A stretch of DNA of 64,000 nucleotides from Candidatus Latescibacterota bacterium (lineage in GTDB: Bacteria; Latescibacterota; UBA2968; UBA8231), in assembly GCA_965197905.1 (NCBI GenBank), contig CBDAOB010000005.1, positions 128,001 to 192,000 of the forward strand. Direction: 5' to 3'. A program made the position numbers and the translations under genes. This document shows positions 39,234 to 49,030 of the stretch, piece by piece. Each line of letters begins with the position of its first letter. Position 1 is the stretch's first letter. A model generated the notes under the pieces. That model worked only from the letters and a program-made list of their open reading frames with translations, made no database searches and had not been told where the DNA came from.

Positions 39234-39407
39234 ATGATCAAGACAGATATTGAATCGGTTCGCAGAGCCGCGAGGATCTACGGCAGCAACAAGGATGCAG
39301 CGATTGCGCTGGGAATCGATCCGCGCAGTTTTTCCAGAATCTGCCGCGAGAATGGTATTCAAACTCCTTATTATCGCAGTCGTCTACGGCGCCGCGGATC
39401 GGGATAG
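39234..39407 (+). CDS. Small HTH-like DNA-binding protein, copy 1
   Basis: IESVRRAARIYGSNKDAAIALGIDPRSFSRICRENGIQTPY; RBS GGAGA. Confidence 0.75.
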   Translation: MIKTDIESVRRAARIYGSNKDAAIALGIDPRSFSRICRENGIQTPYYRSRLRRRGSG

Positions 39408-40065
39408 TCTTTGCGGCCTCCACGCAGGCAAAGCGAACACAGAACTATGCAGTGCAGTGGGCTCTGGGGGCGCTACCTGACCCATGGAGCGAACTAGTAA
39501 AGTGGTCGCAGGAACATCGCGCCGACAAGACCGAGGACGACTCGATGATCCCGGAGATCATGCAGTTCGCTCGCTGGGCGTTTCAAGAAGCACAAACATA
39601 GCGCCTAATGACCTACGCTAACACGGCGCCGGAGTTGGGGCACTGATCGCATGTCCTAGCTTTCGTCTTGCCGACAACGATCGCAGGCAAGTTGTGGAAA
39701 TATGAAGGTCCCGTAACTGACCAGGCGCAAGGGTTCCCGGAGCACCCATGAGAATCGCTCGATCGGTGCGGTGCATGCTCCCTCGGGAGATCGGCTCAAT
39801 CCCTGAATCAGACTTGACATTGTTCAGAAACGCTAGCTACCGTGATCTCCATGAGACTCTGACTCTGAACTGATACAACGCGCGCGGGCGTGGCGATTGC
39901 TCGTCCTGCCGCTTTATACAGGCATGTTCCCATCTACCGAATGCTCTTCGGTGCCCGGGCACCTCCTGGGCCGCGAGAAGCAGAGGTGGGAGTGTGCCTG
40001 TTTCTGTGTACCCAAATTTGACCAATCCGCAAACAAGCTCGAAAACCTTTAGGTGGGAGACCATC

Positions 40066-40248
40066 GTGAAAGAAACACCAATAGAATCCGTACGCCGTGT
40101 AGCCAGGGTTTACGCAACCAATAAGGATGCGGCCGCGGCTCTCGGAGTCGATATCCGCAGTTTCGCTCGCATCTGCAAACGACACATGATCGAGACACCG
40201 TATAAGAGGAGGGTAAAACGAAAATCAAGGGGACGAAGGTCCTCGTAG
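40066..40248 (+). CDS. Small HTH-like DNA-binding protein, copy 2
   Basis: IESVRRVARVYATNKDAAAALGVDIRSFARICKRHMIETPY; RBS GGGAGA. Confidence 0.75.
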   Translation: MKETPIESVRRVARVYATNKDAAAALGVDIRSFARICKRHMIETPYKRRVKRKSRGRRSS

Positions 40249-40478
40249 TTGCATGTTCCACTCAGGGACCGGGGACTTATCGATTCCGCGCACTCTGCTT
40301 GACCCGATTAGCGATAACGCGGTAGGTAGAGGAAAACCACGGGGGGAACATGACCAATTCCGAGCTAATTGAACGACGCGAACGCCAGCGAAGCCTGATA
40401 GAGTTGGCCTGCGAGCAGTCTGAAGCTTTATTTTCCTGACGTAGAAAAACCAATGGACTAGCGCCGAGAGGACATCAG

Positions 40479-41381
40479 ATGACTGGCCGCATTCACCACC
40501 TAGCTCGCGAACATATCGTCTACACCTTCGACAAGAACCATCCGCCGGTACTGGATATCGACTCCGGCGATGTCGTCGAAATCGAGACCTATGACGCCCG
40601 CACCGGCACCGTTCAGCGCAACGAGGATTTGCTGGAGCAGCCGCATCCAGACGGCGCCAACCCTGCAACCGGACCGATTCGCGTCAGGGGGGCTGAGCCC
40701 GGGGATGGCCTCTGTGTGGAGATCATCGGGATCGAACTGGCGCCGCAGGGCTTTCTGGCCGTCAAGAAGGGCATGGGCCTGCTTGGGCACATGGCCACCA
40801 AGTTCGCCACCCGGATCGTCAACGTCGCGGACGGTCAGGCGGACTTCGACGGCATCCGGTTTCCGACGAATCCGATGGTCGGGGTCATCTCCACAGCGCC
40901 GGCCGGCGAAGCAATAACGACGCACATGCCCGCCGGCGGCAACATGGACAACCGCTACATCACCACGGGCAGCAAGGTCTATCTACCCGTGCACGTAGAC
41001 GGCGCGCTGTTTGGACTTGGGGATGTGCACGGGGCGATGGGAGACGGAGAAATCACCTACATTGGACTGGAGATCTGCGCGGAGGTGACCGTACGCATCC
41101 ATCTACTCAAGGGAGTGGGCGATCACCGTCCCCTGATCGAAACGCCAGAGTTGTGGGTTACCACGGGCGAGCACGAGAACCTTGGCCTGGCGGCTCGCAT
41201 GGCTGCCGAGGAGATGGTTGTGTTGATGCAGGAGAAAGGAGGCCTCAGTTTCGAACAGGCGTACATGCTCATGAGCGCGGCCGTCGATGTTCAGATCTGT
41301 CAGTGTTGCGAACCCGGAATATTTCCCACCACGACCCGTGCCGTGCTGCGCAAGGCACTGCTACCCTCCAAGAACGACTGA
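40479..41381 (+). CDS. Acetamidase/formamidase family protein
   Basis: TGPIRVRGAEPGD, GGNMD, GDVHGAMGDGE. Confidence 0.92.
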   Translation: MTGRIHHLAREHIVYTFDKNHPPVLDIDSGDVVEIETYDARTGTVQRNEDLLEQPHPDGANPATGPIRVRGAEPGDGLCVEIIGIELAPQGFLAVKKGMGLLGHMATKFATRIVNVADGQADFDGIRFPTNPMVGVISTAPAGEAITTHMPAGGNMDNRYITTGSKVYLPVHVDGALFGLGDVHGAMGDGEITYIGLEICAEVTVRIHLLKGVGDHRPLIETPELWVTTGEHENLGLAARMAAEEMVVLMQEKGGLSFEQAYMLMSAAVDVQICQCCEPGIFPTTTRAVLRKALLPSKND

Positions 41382-41502
41382 TCGGAGCACCGACTCAAAG
41401 AATACCATGATCGACGACAAAACCGGATTCACCCGAGAGCAGCCGAGCGCAACGCCTTCGCCGAAGCCGTCAGCGAGATGAATGACAGACCCAGGTGGGG
41501 CC

Positions 41503-42339
41503 ATGATACTAACGGAACAACAAATCAAGTTTTTCGATACGTTTGGATTCCTGCATCTGCCGGGCCTGGTAAAGGACAGCGTCGAGTGGATTGTTGAAGA
41601 ATTTGAAGCAGTTTTTGAGCGAAGGACTGGGGAAGACGGCGACCTCGCCCCACATGACGGCACCGAGAGAACCTCCGTAGTGCCTTTCATCGATCAGAGC
41701 GTGAAGCTGTGCACGCTGCTCGAACATCCAGGCATTCATGGCCTGGCCGCCAGCTTGCTCGGCGAGGATTTCAATTACCTCGCCGGCGACGGCCACTTCT
41801 ACGTCGGTGATACACCTTGGCATTCGGATGGATGGCACCCCGAGGTCCGCTATATAAAGATCGCTTTTTATCTCGACTCACTCACCAGAGATACGGGCTC
41901 CATCCGCGTGATTCCCGGCAGTCATCGCATTAACGATGGCTATGCGAAACTGCTTCAGGAGTACCGGGGAAAAAGCAAGGAGATCTTTGGTATAGAAGGT
42001 CGTGATCTACCAGCCGTGGCCGTCGAAACGGCACCCGGCGATATCGTCGTCTTCAATCACAACCTGAAGCATGCATCTTTTGGAGGAAGCGGGAGGCGCA
42101 GGATGTTCACTATGAATCTCTGTGAGCACTGCGAGACAGAATCAAAGCTCGAATCCTTGAAGCAACGCATCGGCCTTCATGCGCGATACCTGAACGACAG
42201 GATGCACTCCAATGCCATGCGCGAGACAGGCCCGTCCGAACGCATGCCCCACCTGCAGCAAGTCATTGAAAACGAAGGCCACTTGCCCGAACTGGTACGG
42301 AAGGAACGGGAAAAGAGGGATGAGCTTACACGGGGATAG
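41503..42339 (+). CDS. PhyH family dioxygenase
   Basis: FFDTFGFL, WHSD, VIPGSH. Confidence 0.88.
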   Translation: MILTEQQIKFFDTFGFLHLPGLVKDSVEWIVEEFEAVFERRTGEDGDLAPHDGTERTSVVPFIDQSVKLCTLLEHPGIHGLAASLLGEDFNYLAGDGHFYVGDTPWHSDGWHPEVRYIKIAFYLDSLTRDTGSIRVIPGSHRINDGYAKLLQEYRGKSKEIFGIEGRDLPAVAVETAPGDIVVFNHNLKHASFGGSGRRRMFTMNLCEHCETESKLESLKQRIGLHARYLNDRMHSNAMRETGPSERMPHLQQVIENEGHLPELVRKEREKRDELTRG

Positions 42340-42350
42340 TTACGCCTCTT

Positions 42351-43289
42351 CTAATCCTGCGGCCCCAGGGCAACTTCTATAGCCTCGCGGAAGTCCTCCA
42401 GGCGCATCGGTTTGTCGACAAAGTCCACGAAGCTGTGGCCTTCTGTTTCCTCGCGGCTGACGGCACCTGAGAGCGCCATTACCGGAAGTTCCGGGTGCTC
42501 TTCGCGGAGCCGATCGGCGAGTTGGTAGCCATCCATGCGTGGCATGCGGATGTCGGTGATCACCAAATCCGGCTCCACTTCCTGGATAACGGTCAATGCT
42601 TCCTCCCCGTTGCTCGCTTCCAGGATCTTGTAATCCGCAAGGGCACTCTTTACAAATTCGCGTATCGCCTGCTCATCATCCACTATCAAAACGCACAGCG
42701 ACGTTTTTTTGAACAATTCGTCGATACTCGTTCGGGCTTCGTCGCGCGACATCTGCGCTTTTTCGACCAGCAAATCCACAGAACATTCCATCTTCTTGCG
42801 GTACTCAAATACCTTTTCCTCCGAGCGCACCCGCTGTAGCAGGTAATCTCGGGTGCGGACATTATCGTTGATGATCTTGCCGGCCAAGACCTCCACAACG
42901 CTGTGGTATATTTTCAGCTTCATGCCCGGATCGTTGTTCAAGAGCGCATTGAACGATCGGCGCTCGAGAACCATCGCTTTTGAGGGTTCTACGGCCGTGA
43001 CCTGCGCCGAGCGATTCTGGCGGGTGATCAGCCCCATCTCGCCCACGGTGGTGATCGGATGTAGATCGGCCAGGCAGGCGCCGTCTTCGCTCCGTACCGC
43101 CAATTCGCCCGAGATGAGAATGAACATTTCCTCGCTGGATGAGTTGCGCGTGCAGACAATGTCACCCTGAGCAAAATTTTTCAGTTTGCAGATGTTCAGT
43201 AGTTGCTTGGTCTGTGTAGGCGACAATTCCTTGAAGATCGGAATCTTCCGCAGGGATTTCAGAAAATCACTGTTGTATTCACGGGCCAT
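42351..43289 (-). CDS. cNMP-binding domain plus receiver protein
   Basis: MFILISG, VGEMGLITRQNRSA; VLIVDDE...ITDIRMP. Confidence 0.88.
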   Translation of the reverse strand: MAREYNSDFLKSLRKIPIFKELSPTQTKQLLNICKLKNFAQGDIVCTRNSSSEEMFILISGELAVRSEDGACLADLHPITTVGEMGLITRQNRSAQVTAVEPSKAMVLERRSFNALLNNDPGMKLKIYHSVVEVLAGKIINDNVRTRDYLLQRVRSEEKVFEYRKKMECSVDLLVEKAQMSRDEARTSIDELFKKTSLCVLIVDDEQAIREFVKSALADYKILEASNGEEALTVIQEVEPDLVITDIRMPRMDGYQLADRLREEHPELPVMALSGAVSREETEGHSFVDFVDKPMRLEDFREAIEVALGPQD

Positions 43290-43407
43290 CGGTGCTGCCT
43301 TCAATTCGTCGATGCAAAACCGCATCGACGATACAATAGTAACGAAACTCGGCTATTTACGCAGATCAAGTGCATTCCGTATTCCGGGGCACTCGTAGAT
43401 TACCATT

Positions 43408-44949
43408 TCACTTGAACTCCACGCTGTAGAGCTCCGCGCAGCGCAGGCGGAAACCCAGGGAAATGGGCGCGTCACCTTCGTGACCTAGATCGGCCTCCCC
43501 TTTCCAGGTAATCTCCTTGTCGATCTCGTCCCCGACCAGCCAATCGCAGTCCTCGAAGGAGCGGCCCGGCAGTGGCTGATACTTGCTATCGTTGACCTGC
43601 ATCTGGATGCGGCCGCCGATGACGGTTTTGAAGTTGAGATGCACGCGCCGCTGGGGAATCGTTAGATGGAAGGTGCGAAAAGTGCCTTCCTCTGGCGCCT
43701 CCAGCGCAGCGAGCCTGCCTTTGGACCAGGTCGCCCAGTTGATCTTCACGCTGGGCCGCTGGCGCAGTTGTTTGTGGCCCTCCGCCGTGCCGCCGACGGT
43801 GACCCCCATGCGGTCTCCGGGCAGATTCACCAGGCCCACGCCGGCAGCCACTGTACCGCCGTCCCACGTACCTGGTTCGCCTGGGCGACAGACGGGTCCT
43901 CCGGGTACAGGGCTCCATACGACGTTGTCGGGACTTGCAGCCAGCAGAAAGGCGAAGGAGTCATCCCTGAGGCGCCAGCGCAGCGGAAACATGATGTGGT
44001 AGTCGGTGGTTCCGGGCATGATCGTCTTGCTGTTGGCGTAATACAGGTCGTACGGCTCGTTGGCTCCATTGGGCCAGAACACCTCCTCGGACAGGGGCAT
44101 GCGCCTGAAGTCGGGACTGGAGAGGCGACCGATACTACGGCGGTCGAAATAGTGACTGCGGCAGTAGGCCACATACTGCCCCAGTACCGGATCGTACTCG
44201 CAGACATTGTGCGTGTCGCTCACCTGCGAGACCAGAGGCTCCTCCAGAGGCGTCCAGTGCAGCCCGTCGGGTGAAACGGCGCCGAAGAATCCTTCCAGAA
44301 GGTCTCCATTGAAAGACTGCGCGCAGAGCTCGTCCGGACGCTCGCGCAGGTAACGCTCCTTCATCTGTCCACCCATCCGTCCGGTGTGGAACATCTTGTA
44401 ACGCTCTTCGGCAGGAGCTGACGGATCCTTGAATACAGTGGCACCGTGTAGACCGGTGGCATCGATCAGGGGCACGCCGTAAACGATGTTATTGTCTTTG
44501 GAGCCGTTGCGTTCCAATAAACTCAAAGATGGGTGGTGCCAGGTTTCGCCATCGTCGGACTCGGCATAGCGGATGTAGTCGTACCCGCCCATGCGATACG
44601 TATCGTGATTCACCATCTCCCTGGGCGCGGTTTCGTACCACATGCGGTAACGCCCTTCTTCGTGGATAACCACGGCACCCGACCAGATGAAGTCCTCATC
44701 CTGCTCGGGCACAAGAATCGGTTCGGTCTTTTGTGCCGGTTTTGCCCGCAGGCGGATGCCCAGGGGCATGTAACCGGGTTGATGCAGCGTCGGCTCGACG
44801 GGGTCGTTGGACCAGTAACGCTTACGCTCTCCATCTGCGGTGAGCCAACCGGTATGGCGGCCGGGGTGTACATAGCGCCAGTCGAAGAAGTAGATGATGT
44901 CCGAGGGCAGTTCGTAGGGCGGTCGTTTATTGCGCAAAGGTGAGATCAT
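43408..44949 (-). CDS. Five-bladed beta-propeller glycosidase-like protein
   Basis: YAESDDGETW, DPSAPAEERYK, SPDGLHW. Confidence 0.7.
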   Translation of the reverse strand: MISPLRNKRPPYELPSDIIYFFDWRYVHPGRHTGWLTADGERKRYWSNDPVEPTLHQPGYMPLGIRLRAKPAQKTEPILVPEQDEDFIWSGAVVIHEEGRYRMWYETAPREMVNHDTYRMGGYDYIRYAESDDGETWHHPSLSLLERNGSKDNNIVYGVPLIDATGLHGATVFKDPSAPAEERYKMFHTGRMGGQMKERYLRERPDELCAQSFNGDLLEGFFGAVSPDGLHWTPLEEPLVSQVSDTHNVCEYDPVLGQYVAYCRSHYFDRRSIGRLSSPDFRRMPLSEEVFWPNGANEPYDLYYANSKTIMPGTTDYHIMFPLRWRLRDDSFAFLLAASPDNVVWSPVPGGPVCRPGEPGTWDGGTVAAGVGLVNLPGDRMGVTVGGTAEGHKQLRQRPSVKINWATWSKGRLAALEAPEEGTFRTFHLTIPQRRVHLNFKTVIGGRIQMQVNDSKYQPLPGRSFEDCDWLVGDEIDKEITWKGEADLGHEGDAPISLGFRLRCAELYSVEFK

Positions 44950-45156
44950 TCGATCCTCCTGCTTAAGGATTCAACACATGCACAGCAGAGTAGAAACTAC
45001 CCAATAGACCAACAATCTACATTTCCAAAGGTTGACGTGAGGGTGAGTTCGTCATTGAGTACAACGGTTCTGAAAAGCCTAAATTCAGACAACTATTCGG
45101 CGACGTCTCAAGGAAGACGTGAGCAGTCCTTCCTCCACAAAAGGAGAATATTCATC

Positions 45157-45483
45157 ATGGCTCTGTATATGACGCAGTTCGGTTACACCCAAGAGGCGTG
45201 GGCGGCAATGGTTAAAAATCCGCAGGATCGCGAAGCGGGGGTCAAGGCTCTTATCGAGAAAATGGGCGGTCAAGTCCTCGGCTTCTACTATTCGTTTGGC
45301 GAATACGACGGCGTTCTCCTGCTGGAAGCGCCAGACGAAACCACGGCAGCGGCGATGCTCATGGCGGCTATTGCACCGGGCCATCTACGGGCGACCAAAA
45401 CGACCTGTTTATTTACCATGGAACAAGCCATGGAGGCGATGAACAAGGCGGGCGGCGAGGGCTACGCTGCACCCCAGGGATAA
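45157..45483 (+). CDS. GYD domain protein
   Basis: FYYSFGEYDGV; RBS AAGGAG. Confidence 0.88.
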   Translation: MALYMTQFGYTQEAWAAMVKNPQDREAGVKALIEKMGGQVLGFYYSFGEYDGVLLLEAPDETTAAAMLMAAIAPGHLRATKTTCLFTMEQAMEAMNKAGGEGYAAPQG

Positions 45484-45542
45484 CCTGCGCCAAGCCGGTG
45501 GTGCCTTTTAGCGAAGCAACGAAGTCGAGATAGCTAAGCGCG

Positions 45543-45623
45543 CTACTCCACCATCGCCTCTCGAATGCTCTCGATCTGGAATTCGCTGAGGCCGATATCG
45601 CGCACATACCCCTCGACCCCGTT
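45543..45623 (-). pseudogene. C-terminal fragment resembling tyrosine-phosphatase family proteins
   Basis: GVEGYVRDIGLSEFQIESIREAMVE-stop. Confidence 0.4.
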
Positions 45624-46036
45624 GCGGCGCTCCTCCTAAAATCGATCACCGTGCCCAGACCAACAGCGCCTGCTGGGCCGCATCTTGGAGACGATGCAAG
45701 GAGCCGGAGCGCAACAGCCGGCCCCAGCGGGTAGGGCGTCAGTACCGAGTCTCGTACCCACCCAGGTCCCGGATGTTGTAGGAGCCCTCGATCTGCAGAT
45801 GACGCCTGGGATCCAGATCGTCAGTCATTGAATCGTCCTCGCTACGGCTTCGAAAACAAACCGCGCCTTAAAAGTATGACAGCGGCAATGCCAACGCGAC
45901 GGTGAACCGCTTTCCAAAGTTGCCATGAGACGTTATTAGACAGTGGACAGCCACTTCTTGGTCTCAAAGAGAATCGGGTTCGATCAAGACCCAATTGATT
46001 CTGATATGGATAATTCCGAACAAGAGGAGTAACAAA

Positions 46037-47686
46037 ATGGACGAGAAGAGGAAAGCCGCACGGTGGCGCAAGCGGCGGATTGTCTACAACAACGACGGAC
46101 AAGACGTGATAGAGGCGCGGCCAGGAGTTGAGCATCGCCACGACATCAAATGGCAAATGCTCGTTCGCAGCAGGGGTGAGCTGGCTGATGACTTTCTCAA
46201 TGCTCGCAGCGCACCGCTGCTGGGGACGCAGGTGGAAAGTAACTTGTATTGCACTTGCAGGGGCGGACTCACCTTCTCACACCCCACGAAATTAGGCGGG
46301 TTCTACGGAAAGGGGGTTGCCCAGGAGCTCATTGACACCTACGGGCGGGACAACCTGCAGATCCAGGTGGACTTCTCTCACGAACACGGCATGGAGGCCT
46401 TCTGGTCGCTGCGCATGAATGACGACCATGATTCCTATCCCATGGGCTACCGTCACCAGCACGACCATGATCTGGCTGCCTTCAAGCGGGAACATCCGGA
46501 ATGTCTAATGGGTGAGCCGGCCGACTGGGAGAAGTATCCAGAGGGACCACGACACACCTGGTCTTCTCTCGATTTCAGCTATCCAGAGGTGCGGGAGCAC
46601 ATATTCTCGTTGATTCAGGAAGTAGCCCAGAACTACGACGTTGACGGGGTGGAGCTGGACTTCTTCCGATCCCCCCCGTATTTCGCTCCCACTCGGGATG
46701 GACTTCCGGTCGAGGAGCAGCACCTGGCGGCAATGACCGACCTGGTGCGTCGAGTCAGGAGTATGGCCGACGAAGTGGGACAACAAAGAGGACGTCCCCT
46801 GCTGCTGGCAGCGCGCACGCCGTTTACGGTTGAAGACGCGCGCTTCATTGGCCTGGACCTGGCGGAGTGGCTCGCAGAGGATCTCATTGACATACTGATA
46901 CCTGGTGGCGGTACCGAGTCGAAAATGACCGAGTCGTTCAAAGAGATCGTGGACCTGGGGCACAAATACGAGGTGCCGGTGTATCCCTGTATCGACTGGG
47001 CTGATTTTCTGTGTCACTGGGCTTTTCTCGGACTGGGAGCGGGAGAACACCGGACCTATGAATCGTGGGTGAAAACCCTGTACGGTGGACACCCGAAGGA
47101 CATCGAGAAGTCGAATTGGATCGTGACGTTCAATTCGTGGGAAGGAACAGCAGCGACATGGCGTGGCGCAGCGATGAATCTATGGAATGCAGGCGCAGAC
47201 GGGATTTACATCTTCAATGGTTTTCACAGCACCGATATCGATAGATGGCGAGAGATCGGAGACCCTGAGACGATGGCAAACAAAGACAAGATATTCGGCG
47301 TGGAGCAGTTCGCCGGAAACTCCAGCTTCAAAGACGTGCGCGAGCTGGAGCTGCAGCAAGGAGAACCGGTAAGCCTGCACTTTCAGGTGGGCGAGGATGT
47401 GGAGTCTGGCAATGCCGCCGAGTTGAGATTCCGCCTCCACCTCTGGGATCTGGCAGAGAATGACGACGTCGCCGTAACGCTCAACAACGGCCTCCTCGAT
47501 AACCTCAGACCCACCCGCCCGAACGAGGCGACCACAGGGGGACAATGGCTGGAATGCCTGCTACGTTCAGCTCAGGTCAAGAGAGGGGAGAACAGGGTCG
47601 AGCTAATGGTGAAGAAACGGGATGAATCCATGCGGACACCCCCCGTCCTGAACGCAGTTCAGTTGCATGTTCACTACGAGGGCTAG
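46037..47686 (+). CDS. Glycoside hydrolase-like TIM-barrel protein (GHL10-like)
   Basis: RRIVYNNDG, SLRMNDDH, LDFSYPEVRE, YDVDGVELDF, GADGIYIFN. Confidence 0.75.
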   Translation: MDEKRKAARWRKRRIVYNNDGQDVIEARPGVEHRHDIKWQMLVRSRGELADDFLNARSAPLLGTQVESNLYCTCRGGLTFSHPTKLGGFYGKGVAQELIDTYGRDNLQIQVDFSHEHGMEAFWSLRMNDDHDSYPMGYRHQHDHDLAAFKREHPECLMGEPADWEKYPEGPRHTWSSLDFSYPEVREHIFSLIQEVAQNYDVDGVELDFFRSPPYFAPTRDGLPVEEQHLAAMTDLVRRVRSMADEVGQQRGRPLLLAARTPFTVEDARFIGLDLAEWLAEDLIDILIPGGGTESKMTESFKEIVDLGHKYEVPVYPCIDWADFLCHWAFLGLGAGEHRTYESWVKTLYGGHPKDIEKSNWIVTFNSWEGTAATWRGAAMNLWNAGADGIYIFNGFHSTDIDRWREIGDPETMANKDKIFGVEQFAGNSSFKDVRELELQQGEPVSLHFQVGEDVESGNAAELRFRLHLWDLAENDDVAVTLNNGLLDNLRPTRPNEATTGGQWLECLLRSAQVKRGENRVELMVKKRDESMRTPPVLNAVQLHVHYEG

Positions 47687-47882
47687 ATAAGGTATGCGAT
47701 CAGACGCACCGGCACAGAAATCTGCCTGCCTCCAGTCCCGCCAGATCGGTCCCCCGCACCCAGCCCACTTCGGTACTCGGACGAGCGGGCAATTGCCTTT
47801 GTCCACCGAATGGCGCGGAAATGGATATACTGTTGGGCTTGGGCGCCCATAGCCCGTTACCCGAAAACGTGGAGGAAGCAGG

Positions 47883-48938
47883 ATGGACATTCTCGAACGG
47901 TATGTAGCTATCGACAACAAGTGCGCCTGGCCCAACCTGACCCTCATGCCGGACGGCAGCATCGTGGCGACCATCTTCGGCGAGCCCTGTCACCAGCTGT
48001 GGGAAGGGTCATCCGAATGCTGGATCAGCACGGACGGCGGCAAGCTCTGGTCTTTCCTCAGCGTTCCGGCGCACCACGAGCCCAGCCGCACCCGCGGCGA
48101 CCTGGCGGCAGGTTTGACTCACGAAGGCGCCTTGGTGGCGCTGGTCAGCGGTCGCAAATTTGTGCCGCCAACAGGTGAACTCCTCGACCGGCCCAGAGCA
48201 CCGGAAGAAATGGGCAACTATGAAGCGGCGGTTTGTCGCTCCACGGATGGGGGCAAGACCTGGACCATAGAAGGGTCCCTCAACAACTTTCCTCCGCATG
48301 TGACCAATGCCGTCCCGTTCGGGGATGTGGTGAAGCTGCCCGGAAATCGCCTTGCCGTTTCCTGCTATTCGTCGCCGCCCGACCACCTGGAGGACGAGGC
48401 CGCCGATGGCGCCTGGATCTACTTCAGCGACGATGACGGACGCACCTGGGGCGACGCGCGGCTTATCGGTGCGAACCGGTACAACGAAACCGACCTGCTA
48501 GTACTTGGCGACAGCAAGATGCTCGCCGCGAGTCGCACGACGAAAACGGGCCACACCGAGATCTTTGCTTCCGCTGACGATGGACAAACCTGGACCTGCC
48601 GCGGTCCGGTGACGGCGGCGATGCATATGCCGGCCCATTTGCTGCAGTTACTGGATCAATCGATTCTGCTCACCTACGGTGTGCGTTTGCGGGGCATGCT
48701 CGGCGTGTGCGCGATGATCAGCCGCGACGATGGAGTCACGTGGGATGCTCCGCGGGTACTGTTCAATACCAACGTCTACAAGTCGAATGCCAGCCCTGGA
48801 GGTACGGATGGGGGATATCCCTCCAGCTTGCAGCTGGCCGATGGCACTATCCTCACCGCCTATTACTGTCAGCGCATTCCGACGCACCAGCGCTATCACA
48901 TGGGTGTGGTTCTCTGGCGGGATGAATCGGCGAATTAA
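47883..48938 (+). CDS. Sialidase/BNR (Asp-box) family protein
   Basis: Repeated SxDxGxTW; DGGYPSSLQLADG. Confidence 0.85.
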   Translation: MDILERYVAIDNKCAWPNLTLMPDGSIVATIFGEPCHQLWEGSSECWISTDGGKLWSFLSVPAHHEPSRTRGDLAAGLTHEGALVALVSGRKFVPPTGELLDRPRAPEEMGNYEAAVCRSTDGGKTWTIEGSLNNFPPHVTNAVPFGDVVKLPGNRLAVSCYSSPPDHLEDEAADGAWIYFSDDDGRTWGDARLIGANRYNETDLLVLGDSKMLAASRTTKTGHTEIFASADDGQTWTCRGPVTAAMHMPAHLLQLLDQSILLTYGVRLRGMLGVCAMISRDDGVTWDAPRVLFNTNVYKSNASPGGTDGGYPSSLQLADGTILTAYYCQRIPTHQRYHMGVVLWRDESAN

Positions 48939-49030
48939 TACAGGCATATTTCGATACAGGGCACTAGAGCACGTTTAATGACCTTGATGTTGGCAGATTG
49001 GGCGAGATTCTCAAAAAAGGAGGTCGAACT

